64,000 nt of DNA from an uncultured virus (IMG/VR IMGVR_UViG_3300032288_004063) (lineage: Duplodnaviria; Heunggongvirae; Uroviricota; Caudoviricetes), in IMG/VR virus record IMGVR_UViG_3300032288_004063. One strand, 5' to 3'. Positions 37,244 through 46,402 of this stretch are shown one piece after another. Both the position numbers and the translations under genes were made by a program. Under the pieces are notes generated by a model, which was given only the letters and a program-made list of their open reading frames with translations, was not told the DNA's origin and ran no database searches. Within the stretch, counting starts at the first letter, position 1; every line of letters begins with the position of its first letter.

Positions 37244-37663
37244 ATGGCTCGCAAAAGATATGCAACATGTGCTTGTGAACTTTGTTATGTTAGAGTTCCA
37301 AAAAACGAGGCTTTTTGTGAGCAAGTAACAGAAGAAACGGGCGGCTGGGAAGGCGAGGGTGGAGGATCAAGTAGCTCAAATTCTTGGACAACCGGAAACT
37401 ATAGATCTTCAAATAGAAGTTATAGTTCAAGTAGAACGCATTATAGACATCGTACGGTCTGGTTTTGTGCGGATTGTTACGGAAAACTACAATTGTTTAG
37501 ACAAGAACAAGAACGTATTAGACTTGAAGAAGAAAAACTAAAAGAAGAACGAAGAAGATTGGCGAGAGAGCAGAGAAAGCCTCTTGTTATATTCTTCTGG
37601 ATCGTCGTTGTTCCTTTAATTCTTGCAATGTGTTCAATTAGTAGTTATACTGGTGTGAAGTAA
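37244..37663 (+). CDS. Hypothetical protein with Cys pairs, coiled coil and C-terminal TM helix
   Basis: CACELC ... CADC, E/R-rich helix, LVIFFWIVVVPLILAMC. Confidence 0.55.
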   Translation: MARKRYATCACELCYVRVPKNEAFCEQVTEETGGWEGEGGGSSSSNSWTTGNYRSSNRSYSSSRTHYRHRTVWFCADCYGKLQLFRQEQERIRLEEEKLKEERRRLAREQRKPLVIFFWIVVVPLILAMCSISSYTGVK

Positions 37664-37677
37664 AAAGGAGATTTGTA

Positions 37678-38619
37678 ATGGCAAATAATGATCAATTTCT
37701 GTGGACCGAGAGGTATCGACCACAGAAAGTTTCTGATTGCATTCTTCCCGAAAATATCAAGAGTGCATTCCAAGAATATGTGAATCAAAAGAACATTCCA
37801 AATCTTCTTCTTACAGGTGGTCCTGGCGTAGGTAAGACTACAATTGCCAAGGCCATGTGCAATGAAGTGGGTTGTGATTTCATGGTGATCAATGGTTCAG
37901 ATGAACGTGGTATTGACGTTCTTCGTACCAAGATCAAGTCATATGCCTCGTCAATGAGTTTTTCTGGTGGTAGAAAAGTCGTTATCATTGACGAGGCAGA
38001 CTATCTGACACCAGAAGCACAGGCAGCAATGAGAGCAGCAATCGAAGAGTTTTCGGCAAACTGCTCTTTCATCTTTACTTGCAATTACAAGGCGCGACTG
38101 ATTGATGCGATTCATTCACGCTGCTCTGTGATTGAATTCAAAATCAAGAATGGAAACAAGGTCAAGATGGCTGCTGGATTTTTAAAAAGAATCCAGCACA
38201 TCCTCGATATCGAAAAAGTAAAGTACGATAATACCGTTCTTGTTCAAATCATACAAAAGCACTTTCCTGACTATCGTCGTGTATTGAATGAGCTACAGAG
38301 ATATTCGGTAAAGGGTGAAATCGACACGGGTGTATTAGCACAAGTTGCTGATGTCAATCTCAAGGATCTTGTCTCGCATCTTAAAGAAAAAGACTTTACA
38401 TCCATGCGTAAGTGGGTGGGTGTGAATAATGATGCAGATCAAGTCAAGATTTTCCGTTTGATCTATGACTCATTATATGATATTCTACAGCCACAGTCTA
38501 TTCCTCAGGCTGTCGTAATTCTTGCTGATTATCAATATAAGTCGGCATTTGTTGCGGATCAGGAAATCAATATGGTTGCGTGTTTGACCACGATCATGAT
38601 GGAGTGTTCATTCAAATGA
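37678..38619 (+). CDS. gp44: Clamp loader large subunit gp44
   Basis: LWTERYRP, GGPGVGKTT, INGSDE, IIDEAD, SRC motifs. Confidence 0.96.
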   Translation: MANNDQFLWTERYRPQKVSDCILPENIKSAFQEYVNQKNIPNLLLTGGPGVGKTTIAKAMCNEVGCDFMVINGSDERGIDVLRTKIKSYASSMSFSGGRKVVIIDEADYLTPEAQAAMRAAIEEFSANCSFIFTCNYKARLIDAIHSRCSVIEFKIKNGNKVKMAAGFLKRIQHILDIEKVKYDNTVLVQIIQKHFPDYRRVLNELQRYSVKGEIDTGVLAQVADVNLKDLVSHLKEKDFTSMRKWVGVNNDADQVKIFRLIYDSLYDILQPQSIPQAVVILADYQYKSAFVADQEINMVACLTTIMMECSFK

Positions 38620-39071
38620 AAACTCGTGAAAGAGACATTGATATTCTTGGTAGAATTGGTGAAAAGATAATCATCAATATGCTAAGTAGTCAAGGCAAGA
38701 TTGTTCAGGAGTCGATTGATCCTTATGATCGCGAGAAGGACATGGCATGTGATGGTCAAACGATTGAGGTGAAGACGCAAGTTCCGTTTATTCTTGAGAA
38801 AGCATTTACATTCAAACCAAATCAATTGAACAAATGTAGAAATGTTGACGTTCTATATTTCATATCGGTTCCTGCGCCACGACATAAATTCAAGTGGGAT
38901 GGGTATATTTTTGAGGCAAATCCACAATCTTTTAAAACAAGAAAGAGGACTACGAAAGATGGTAGAACAATGATTCTAGTCAACATTGAACAGGATGCTA
39001 TAAAACCAGTCAAAAAGCTTACGAAAGAAGAAGCTGATACTTTAAGAAAATATACTGTATCTGAGTATTGA
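38616..39071 (+). CDS. Putative PD-(D/E)xK nuclease-fold protein
   Basis: GRIGE...KD(x8)EVKTQ catalytic-like spacing; ATGA-coupled to gp44. Confidence 0.5.
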   Translation: MKTRERDIDILGRIGEKIIINMLSSQGKIVQESIDPYDREKDMACDGQTIEVKTQVPFILEKAFTFKPNQLNKCRNVDVLYFISVPAPRHKFKWDGYIFEANPQSFKTRKRTTKDGRTMILVNIEQDAIKPVKKLTKEEADTLRKYTVSEY

Positions 39072-39072
39072 A

Positions 39073-39501
39073 ATGGATCTATTCAAAGATATATTGCCTG
39101 CAATTCAAAAGACGAAGAAGGATCTATCGAATGAGCCATACTTTGAGAAATCGTATAATGCATTTGTGGTCAATCGTGCGCTATCATATCACGTTGATTC
39201 TATATTACATGCCAATGAAATGAACTTGAGACACGGTTTGGACGAAAAGCTACAATTCCAATATTATCTAAATAGTATTAGATCTATGAAACGCAAGTTT
39301 CAGCCGTGGGTCAAGAAAGAGAAGAATGATATTCTGGATGCTATCAAAGAATACTACCAGTGTTCAAGCGCAAAAGCACTAGAAGCAATGCGAATCCTCT
39401 CCTCTGATCAGGTTGATCATATAATAACTATAACAAAAAAAGGTGGAGTGGGTAATGTGGAGCGTAGAAGACATGGTGGAGGTGACGCTAAAAGAGCGTG
39501 A
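39073..39501 (+). CDS. gp62: Clamp loader small subunit gp62
   Basis: YNAFVVNRALS, ANEMN, LQFQYYLNSIR, IKEYY, KGG motifs. Confidence 0.92.
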   Translation: MDLFKDILPAIQKTKKDLSNEPYFEKSYNAFVVNRALSYHVDSILHANEMNLRHGLDEKLQFQYYLNSIRSMKRKFQPWVKKEKNDILDAIKEYYQCSSAKALEAMRILSSDQVDHIITITKKGGVGNVERRRHGGGDAKRA

Positions 39502-39862
39502 TGACTTCCTCAAAGTCAAAGAAACATTGACTAGAATTGGCGTAGCTTCAAAGAAAGATCAGACACTCTATCAGTCTTGTCACATTCTTCACAAGCAGGG
39601 AAAATACTATATCGCACATTTCAAGGAATTGTTTGCACTTGACGGTAAACCAACTAACTTTTCAGAAAGCGATATAGGTAGACGTAATTCAATCGCCAAT
39701 CTTCTTGCTGAGTGGGAGCTAATTGCTCTAGTCAAGCCGGAGAAAACAGCAGAACCTATTTGCCCACTAAATCAAATCAAGATATTGGCATTCAAGGACA
39801 AGAACGATTGGCAACTAGTAGCAAAGTATAATATTGGTAAAAAGAAAATTGAAACTGAATAA
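39455..39862 (+). CDS. regA: Translational repressor RegA
   Basis: DDFLKVKETLTRIGVAS, LYQSCHILHKQGKYYIAHFKELFALDG motifs. Confidence 0.96.
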   Translation: MWSVEDMVEVTLKERDDFLKVKETLTRIGVASKKDQTLYQSCHILHKQGKYYIAHFKELFALDGKPTNFSESDIGRRNSIANLLAEWELIALVKPEKTAEPICPLNQIKILAFKDKNDWQLVAKYNIGKKKIETE

Positions 39863-39879
39863 ATCATGGAGATTTTGTT

Positions 39880-40425
39880 ATGGCAATCAAATTGAAATTC
39901 CACAAGCTACATCCCGAAGCACAAGCACCTGTATATTCAACAACAGATGCCGCTTGTTTTGACATCTCCCTATGCACATATGGAAAGATGGCATTCAAAG
40001 GTTATGATGAGTCGGGTAAAGAGTTTACAAGACTATTGACTACTGATGGTGGCGTTCTATTATGTCCAAAAGATAGAGTTCTTGCACCAACTGGACTCAT
40101 TTTCGACATTCCTAAAGAATACTCTATTCGCATTCACCCTCGTTCTGGTCTTTCTTTGAAAGAGGGATTGACACTTGCAAATGCACAAGGTGTCATTGAT
40201 TCAGATTATATGGAAGAAACATTTGTCATGCTAACGAATCTTTCTTCAAGAAATATCAACATCCCTAATTTAAGCAGAATTTGTCAAGGTGAACTTGTAA
40301 AGAACAATAGAGCCTCTTTCGAGGAGATTAAGGAAAGACCGACGCGCGATAATACAAATCGCAAGGGTGGATTCGGTTCTACGGGCACGAAAGCCCTTGA
40401 CAAACCGTCAGCAAATACTATATAA
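39880..40425 (+). CDS. dut: Trimeric dUTPase
   Basis: ACFDI, PRSGL, GVIDSDY, RICQ, RKGGFGSTG motifs. Confidence 0.93.
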   Translation: MAIKLKFHKLHPEAQAPVYSTTDAACFDISLCTYGKMAFKGYDESGKEFTRLLTTDGGVLLCPKDRVLAPTGLIFDIPKEYSIRIHPRSGLSLKEGLTLANAQGVIDSDYMEETFVMLTNLSSRNINIPNLSRICQGELVKNNRASFEEIKERPTRDNTNRKGGFGSTGTKALDKPSANTI

Positions 40426-40426
40426 T
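40397..40426 (+). promoter_or_regulatory. Sigma70-type promoter for hsp20
   Basis: TTGACA-18bp-TATAAT. Confidence 0.7.
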
Positions 40427-40462
40427 ACACATACTAGAGCCATACTGGGCTAGTATGTTTTC

Positions 40463-40481
40463 AACTTGCTTAAAAGGAGTT
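40463..40481 (+). promoter_or_regulatory. ROSE-like RNA thermometer hairpin
   Basis: AACUU(G)CU-UAAA-AGGAGUU: UUGCU pairs with the AGGAG SD around a bulged G, ending 4 nt before the hsp20 AUG. Confidence 0.65.
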
Positions 40482-40485
40482 AAAC

Positions 40486-40950
40486 ATGACATTCGCATAC
40501 GGACGTAATCTGCTTCCATCGACTGTTGGGTTTGATAGACTTCTATCTACCCTGGACGAAGCACTAAATATTCCCGACAAGGTTCTAACGTCATTTCCAC
40601 CATACAATATCGCAAAGATTAGCGAAGATAAGTATGTGATTGAGCTAGCAGTTGCTGGTTTCAAGAGAGAAGAAATCGACATTACCTTGGAAGACAACAA
40701 ACTAACAGTTCAAGGGAACGCAAAGAAAGATGAGGACAACGGCAAAACTTATTACCATCGTGGCATTGCTCTTCGTAATTTTACCCGTGTATTTACTCTC
40801 GCTGACACGGTAGTAGTAAAGTCCGCTGATCTTGTTGACGGAATGCTTGTGATTGAACTTGAAAATGTGATTCCGGAAAATAAGAAGCCTCGCAAGATTC
40901 TTCTGAACGACAAGAACTTTACAACCGAAAAAGTTCTCGCTTCAAAATAA
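40486..40950 (+). CDS. hsp20: Small heat-shock protein Hsp20 (IbpA-like)
   Basis: VGFDRL, FPPYNI, IELAVAGF, HRGIALRNFTRVFTLA, PENKKPRKI motifs. Confidence 0.95.
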   Translation: MTFAYGRNLLPSTVGFDRLLSTLDEALNIPDKVLTSFPPYNIAKISEDKYVIELAVAGFKREEIDITLEDNKLTVQGNAKKDEDNGKTYYHRGIALRNFTRVFTLADTVVVKSADLVDGMLVIELENVIPENKKPRKILLNDKNFTTEKVLASK

Positions 40951-40990
40951 TTTCTGACTAAATAATCTCACTTAATCTTAACATCTAACC

Positions 40991-41026
40991 AGTCACCGTG
41001 GGTATTGTACTCACGGTGACTTTCTT
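40991..41026 (+). terminator. Hairpin/terminator between hsp20 and the speD pair
   Basis: AGTCACCGTGGGTA-TTG-TACTCACGGTGACT-TTCTT. Confidence 0.6.
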
Positions 41027-41043
41027 CTAGAAAGGATACTTTG

Positions 41044-41400
41044 ATGGAACAATACTGGGGTTATCACGCAATGCTTGATTGTCGCGCCTGCGATATTGAA
41101 TTAATCAAGAGTTATGATAATGTTTATAATTTTGCAAAGAGTCTTGTGAATGCTATTGATATGAAAGCCTTTGGAGAACCTCAGATTGTTCATTTTGGCG
41201 AAGGAAATAAAGCTGGATTTACTCTCGTTCAACTCATCGAAACAAGTAATATCTGTGCTCATTTCTGCAATGATACAGGTGACGCATACATTGATGTGTT
41301 TTCCTGCAAACCCTATGATCGCGATGTGGTAAGAGATCAGATCATTCAATTCTTCAATCCACGACAGATCACAGTCAACTACATTGAACGTCAGGCATGA
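41044..41400 (+). CDS. speD: Pyruvoyl-dependent AdoMet decarboxylase homologue (divergent, ETSN type)
   Basis: GYHAMLD, GFTLVQLIETSNICAHF, YIDVFSCK motifs. Confidence 0.8.
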   Translation: MEQYWGYHAMLDCRACDIELIKSYDNVYNFAKSLVNAIDMKAFGEPQIVHFGEGNKAGFTLVQLIETSNICAHFCNDTGDAYIDVFSCKPYDRDVVRDQIIQFFNPRQITVNYIERQA

Positions 41401-41403
41401 GAG

Positions 41404-41748
41404 ATGACTGTATCATACATGGGTCGGCATGTTATTGCTGATTTGCATGATGTATCTGCGGAACTTCTTGGCTCAATTGATTTTTGGAAAGAAATCCTAA
41501 TTGATGGAGCCAAGAAGTCTGGCGCAACAGTACTAAGCGATCACTTTCATCACTTTGGTGATGGATATGGTCTTACTGGTGTAATCGTTCTTGCAGAGAG
41601 TCATATCAGCATTCACACATGGCCAGAAAAAAACTACGCGGCAATCGATGTATTCATGTGCGGGAAATGTGATCCTGAAGTTGCAGTAGATCATATTACA
41701 AGCAGGCTAAATAGTATTGTCAAAAAAGACTTGATTTATCGAAAGTAA
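41404..41748 (+). CDS. speD: S-adenosylmethionine decarboxylase proenzyme (canonical ESH type)
   Basis: GRHVIADL, GLTGVIVLAESHISIHTWPE, AIDVFMCG motifs. Confidence 0.92.
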   Translation: MTVSYMGRHVIADLHDVSAELLGSIDFWKEILIDGAKKSGATVLSDHFHHFGDGYGLTGVIVLAESHISIHTWPEKNYAAIDVFMCGKCDPEVAVDHITSRLNSIVKKDLIYRK

Positions 41749-41759
41749 TTTGATATACT
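41731..41759 (+). promoter_or_regulatory. Sigma70-type promoter heading the sugar gene cluster
   Basis: TTGATT-17bp-TATACT. Confidence 0.6.
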
Positions 41760-41784
41760 TGCTTGATAATTGGGAGATTATATT

Positions 41785-42108
41785 ATGAGATATATTGGCT
41801 ATTCAGTCTCTCGCTGTGTGCGTGATATCGTAAAGAAGCGTGTGAATATTTTAGCAATTGAAGTCGTCATTGGCCGCACAATGATTGAGAATGAGCAACA
41901 CATTGCCGAAGTTTCTCGTGGCTATCATTCACTACCAAAATCTGATTATAGATCATGGGCTGATCTAGATCTTGACGCTTGTCAGAAAGTATTGCTTGAA
42001 CTATATCGTGATGGCAAGCTTCATCAGCCAAGACTATATGGCAAATATCCTATTCGCATGGATAATCATTGGGGTGTGATTGCTCCATTTCCCATGAGCG
42101 CCTTCTAA
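41785..42108 (+). CDS. Hypothetical protein
   Basis: IGYSVSRCVRDI...GKLHQPR; GGGAG RBS. Confidence 0.55.
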   Translation: MRYIGYSVSRCVRDIVKKRVNILAIEVVIGRTMIENEQHIAEVSRGYHSLPKSDYRSWADLDLDACQKVLLELYRDGKLHQPRLYGKYPIRMDNHWGVIAPFPMSAF

Positions 42109-42824
42109 TGAAGGTTGTAGTTATTATTCCAACTACAGGCGACAACAAAGTTCTGCGGGCAATCAAGAGCGTAGAAAATCAAACATATGAAAACACAAGT
42201 TATCTTCTTGTTGTTGATGGAAATAAATTCAAACCAAGATTTGATGATCTATTCGTAAATAGCGATCCATATGTGCCACCAAAAGATGTCGTATATTTAA
42301 AGCACAATACTGGCGCCGATGGATTCTATGGTCATCGCATATACGCAGGTTTCTCCCATCTTGTTAACGAAGACATCGTGCTATTTCTTGATCAGGATAA
42401 TTGGTTTGAACCCGATCATGTTGAAAAGCTTGTAAAGACATTACAAGATAGCAATCTAGCATGGGCGTATAGTCTAAGAAACATATATGACAAAGATGAT
42501 AATTTTCTTTGTCGCGACGATTGCGAAAATCTAGGAAAATATCCTGTGTGGAATGGCATGCACTATCACGTTGATACTAGTGCATATGCGTTTCGTCGTG
42601 AGTTTCTAATTCGCGTTGCTTCGGTGTGGCATTCTGGCTATGCCGGAGATAGACGCTTTTTCAACACAATAAAAGATCTTGCTCCATTTGATACAAGCGG
42701 AGCATATACATTGAATTATAGATTGGATGGCAATCCTAATTCCGCATCGCCTGAATTTTTCATTCATGGAAACAAGATTAATGAGCAAAAATATAATGGT
42801 AATTATCCTTGGAGAAAATCATGA
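42108..42824 (+). CDS. Glycosyltransferase family 2
   Basis: VVVIIPT, AIKSVENQTY, VVDG, FLDQDNWF motifs. Confidence 0.85.
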   Translation: MKVVVIIPTTGDNKVLRAIKSVENQTYENTSYLLVVDGNKFKPRFDDLFVNSDPYVPPKDVVYLKHNTGADGFYGHRIYAGFSHLVNEDIVLFLDQDNWFEPDHVEKLVKTLQDSNLAWAYSLRNIYDKDDNFLCRDDCENLGKYPVWNGMHYHVDTSAYAFRREFLIRVASVWHSGYAGDRRFFNTIKDLAPFDTSGAYTLNYRLDGNPNSASPEFFIHGNKINEQKYNGNYPWRKS

Positions 42825-43399
42825 GCAACATTAAAATTGAGTATATGCAAAAATATGGTTCGGGCAAAATCTTTGTAGAGACTGGGACTTATCTTGGTGA
42901 TACAGTTCAGCTTGCTCTTGATGCGGGATTTGATCTTGTTCATACAATTGAAGTTGATCAAGGTATGTTTGACAAATGTCACGCTCGTTTCAAGGATAAT
43001 TCAAACGTAAAATTGTGGTTTGGTGACTCTGTAGATATAATTCCTCAAATTGCAGATCAACTAGTAGAGCCAGCCACATTTTGGCTTGACGCTCATGCAA
43101 GCGGTCCACTTCAGGGCGGTCGTTATGCTCCGTGTCCTCTTGTTCTGGAACTTGAGTCGATCTATGGAAAAAAGAAATTGCGTTTTACTGAAAACGGTTC
43201 AGAAATGTATCGTGAAAAGTCATCTATTGACACGCACACAATCATGATCGATGATCGTCGTTTGCTTGGATCAGCTGAATGGGGATTCGTGCAGGAAAAG
43301 CAAATCATGGATCTTCTTTTTGCAATCAATCCAAATTATAAGATCGTTTATCTCGATGGCCATCAGGCAAACGATATCATTTGTGCTACGGTAAAATGA
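42821..43399 (+). CDS. Class I SAM methyltransferase-like protein
   Basis: FVETGTYLGDT, TIE, GDS, FWLDAH, IDD motifs. Confidence 0.65.
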   Translation: MSNIKIEYMQKYGSGKIFVETGTYLGDTVQLALDAGFDLVHTIEVDQGMFDKCHARFKDNSNVKLWFGDSVDIIPQIADQLVEPATFWLDAHASGPLQGGRYAPCPLVLELESIYGKKKLRFTENGSEMYREKSSIDTHTIMIDDRRLLGSAEWGFVQEKQIMDLLFAINPNYKIVYLDGHQANDIICATVK

Positions 43400-43400
43400 C

Positions 43401-44270
43401 ATGAAGAAAGATCTAATTCTTGGTTGTATCACAAATTATACTTTTGACAAAGTTGCAAATTGGGCAAATTCAATTGATCGTTCAGGATTTGATGGTCATA
43501 AGCTTGTCATAGCATATAATGTCGGATTTGATATTGTTGATGAACTGACAAAAAGAAACTTTACTGTAGTCACATTCAATCGTGATGACGCAAACAAGAA
43601 ATTTACATATCGCGAAAATTTCAATATCGTCGTTGATCGTTTCTATCATTCTTGGAAAGTATTGAATGATATTGAAGATCAAGTAAGATACGTTATTGCT
43701 ACTGATGTTCGCGATGTTGTATTTCAGACTAATCCTACTGAATTCTTGAACAGTCATATGGGACCTCAGTTTTTTACAAAGATAATTGCTTCTACTGAGG
43801 GCATTCGTTACAAAAATGAGACTTGGGGAAACAACAATATGAAGTTGAGTTTTCCTTTCATTCATGAATATATGTCGAATCATGTAATCTACAATGCTGG
43901 AGTAATGGCAGGTTCTATTGATACAATCAAGGATCTATTTCTCAATATTTACATGATATGTGCAAATATGCCACACACGATTCCTGGTGGTGGTGGACCA
44001 GATCAGGCAGCATACAATGCACTACTATCAATGAACAACTATTCCAATTTCACTATGTTCACAACTGCTAAACAGGCGTGGGCAGCTCAGTTAGGAACAG
44101 TTGCTGATCCAAGCAAGATAAATCAATATAGACCGTATCTAACAGATCATGAACCCATAATTGAGAATGGTGAAGTGTTTAACAATGAGGGTCAAAAATA
44201 TTGCATCGTCCATCAGTACGATAGGGTTCCTAGTCTTTTACCTTTAATCAATCTTAAGTATGGGAAGTGA
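43401..44270 (+). CDS. GT-A-like glycosyltransferase
   Basis: TDVRDVVFQTNP, NAGVMAG, DQAAYN, IVHQYDR motifs. Confidence 0.65.
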   Translation: MKKDLILGCITNYTFDKVANWANSIDRSGFDGHKLVIAYNVGFDIVDELTKRNFTVVTFNRDDANKKFTYRENFNIVVDRFYHSWKVLNDIEDQVRYVIATDVRDVVFQTNPTEFLNSHMGPQFFTKIIASTEGIRYKNETWGNNNMKLSFPFIHEYMSNHVIYNAGVMAGSIDTIKDLFLNIYMICANMPHTIPGGGGPDQAAYNALLSMNNYSNFTMFTTAKQAWAAQLGTVADPSKINQYRPYLTDHEPIIENGEVFNNEGQKYCIVHQYDRVPSLLPLINLKYGK

Positions 44271-44907
44271 CATGAGTGATATCATCAAAATAAACACAAA
44301 AACAAATCAATTTCAAAAAGTAGAACAGCCCCTTACAATAGCTGAATATAAAGAGCAAGGAAAGTGGCCATTCGATTTCATTACTGCAAAAGGTCTTGTT
44401 AGTGTAATTAATGATCTTTCTACTCGTTTGAATAGAAATGTTGTTGGACTTGAAATTGGAGTCTGCAAGGGAGAAAATATCGTTCATTTTCTTGAGCAGA
44501 CGAATAGAATAGATAAGATTCATTGCATTGATCCATATCTTCCATATATGGATTGGATTGGTCCTGTAACTCAGGAAGATGTGAATTTGCATTATGAAAT
44601 TACGATGAAGAACTTTGAGCCGCATAAAGACAAGATCGTATTCTATAAGGATATGTCAGATAATTGTGTAAGCAAGTTTAGCAATGAACAGTTTGACTAC
44701 GTGTTCATTGATGGTGATCACTCTTACGAAGGCGTCAAGAAAGACTTGAATAACTATTACAGTAAAGTCAAAACTGGTGGAATATTTTCTGGACACGACA
44801 TAAATCTACAGTCAGTACAGCAGGCAGTTCGTGAATTTAGAGAGCAAAATTTGATCACAAATCAAATTCAGTTTACTGACGTAAACGTTTGGTATTGGGT
44901 AAAGTGA
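44260..44907 (+). CDS. SAM-dependent methyltransferase (Methyltransf_24-like)
   Basis: LEIGVCKG, CIDPY, FIDGDHSYEGV, GGIFSGHD motifs. Confidence 0.82.
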   Translation: MGSDMSDIIKINTKTNQFQKVEQPLTIAEYKEQGKWPFDFITAKGLVSVINDLSTRLNRNVVGLEIGVCKGENIVHFLEQTNRIDKIHCIDPYLPYMDWIGPVTQEDVNLHYEITMKNFEPHKDKIVFYKDMSDNCVSKFSNEQFDYVFIDGDHSYEGVKKDLNNYYSKVKTGGIFSGHDINLQSVQQAVREFREQNLITNQIQFTDVNVWYWVK

Positions 44908-45773
44908 TGCAAAAAAAGCCACTAAAAATAGGATTTGCTGATGTCTGCACATCCGAATTCTATGAGACTATTCTAAGTCAAAGATATGAATTGACTATTG
45001 ATAATGAAAATCCAGACTTTCTTTTCTTTGGCGATGAAAATTTTGGAACAAGAAATCTTCAATATTCAAAAGATAAGTGCATAAAGATATTTCATACTGG
45101 CGAAAATCGTAGACCAGAAAACTATGATTGTCATTATGCGATGACATTTGATCACAATCCAAATCCTTGGCACTATAGATTGCCGGGCTGGGCATTGGTT
45201 CCATTCTTCTACAAGAAGTATGATTTCACGCATATTTTCAATGCACATACGATCAAGCATGAAAAGACAAAGTTTTGTGTTTTCATTCATAGAAATCCAA
45301 GCAACAATATTCGAAACGTTGTATTTCATGAATTATGTAAGTACAAAAAAGTAGATAGCGCAGGTCCTCTGTTCAATAACATTGGACATGTTATTAGTCC
45401 CGAATATGACGCAAAGCTTGATTTCATCAAAAACTATAAGTTTGTTCTTTCTTTTGAAAATAGTCCGCATCCAGGATATGTTACTGAAAAAATCATGGAC
45501 GGATTCTATGTGAATTCTGTTCCAATTTATTGGGGATCTGCTACTGTCGACCTGGACTTCAATGAAAATAGTTTTATCAATGCAGGCAAGTTTAATAATA
45601 TAAAAGAGTTGATTGATGAAATCATTCGAATTGATAACGATGATCAGCTGTATAATAGCATCATTTTACAAACAAAATTCAAACACAACATTCCACCTTC
45701 TTGCATGATCTATGATAATTTTCTAAATTGGTTTGATGCGATTGTGTATAACAAATTAAACATGAGAACTTAA
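44907..45773 (+). CDS. Alpha-1,3/4-fucosyltransferase (GT10)
   Basis: GT10 motif YKFVLSFENS-x3-YVTEKI...VPIYWG; TGEN and VDSAG motifs. Confidence 0.88.
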   Translation: MQKKPLKIGFADVCTSEFYETILSQRYELTIDNENPDFLFFGDENFGTRNLQYSKDKCIKIFHTGENRRPENYDCHYAMTFDHNPNPWHYRLPGWALVPFFYKKYDFTHIFNAHTIKHEKTKFCVFIHRNPSNNIRNVVFHELCKYKKVDSAGPLFNNIGHVISPEYDAKLDFIKNYKFVLSFENSPHPGYVTEKIMDGFYVNSVPIYWGSATVDLDFNENSFINAGKFNNIKELIDEIIRIDNDDQLYNSIILQTKFKHNIPPSCMIYDNFLNWFDAIVYNKLNMRT

Positions 45774-45775
45774 TC

Positions 45776-46402
45776 GTGTCAGATTTTTCAACCACTGTAC
45801 TGAAAGATGTAGAAATTGATGGTGAAAAGAATTGGCACTATTATCATGAACGTGACAATCAATGGGATCATCTAGTAGACTGTTGGCAAAATACGAAAGA
45901 GTCCTATCTTAAACACATAAAAAACAAGAATGTAATGGTTTGTGCGGGTGGTCATGTGGGAATCTATGCACGATTTTACATGAGATTGTTCAAGACTGTA
46001 TATGTCTTTGAACCGGATTCACAAAGTTTTGTTTGCTTGGTAAACAATACATCAAATAGTAACGTCATCAAGATACAGGCTGCACTAGGTTCAAAAAATC
46101 AGTTGATAAGTTTGCATGGTCCTGCTAAAATGGCTTTATATGCTGTAGATGATAGTGATGGATTTATACCAACTTTCACAATTGATAGTCTTAATTTAAA
46201 TTCGTGTGATGCTATTCAATTGGACATAGAGAATGCTGAACATGATGCTTTGATTGGAGCGGAACAGACTATAAACAAATTTAAACCAACCATAATTCTA
46301 GAAAACGGTGAAACACAAAAAATTCTAGAATTAATGGCTTCAAAAGATTATGTTATTGCCGAAAAAGTACAATATGATACAATTTGGATACCAAAAGAAT
46401 GA
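45776..46402 (+). CDS. FkbM-family methyltransferase
   Basis: AGGHVG, VFEP, AALG, TIDSL, LDIENAE, KPTIILE motifs. Confidence 0.82.
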   Translation: MSDFSTTVLKDVEIDGEKNWHYYHERDNQWDHLVDCWQNTKESYLKHIKNKNVMVCAGGHVGIYARFYMRLFKTVYVFEPDSQSFVCLVNNTSNSNVIKIQAALGSKNQLISLHGPAKMALYAVDDSDGFIPTFTIDSLNLNSCDAIQLDIENAEHDALIGAEQTINKFKPTIILENGETQKILELMASKDYVIAEKVQYDTIWIPKE

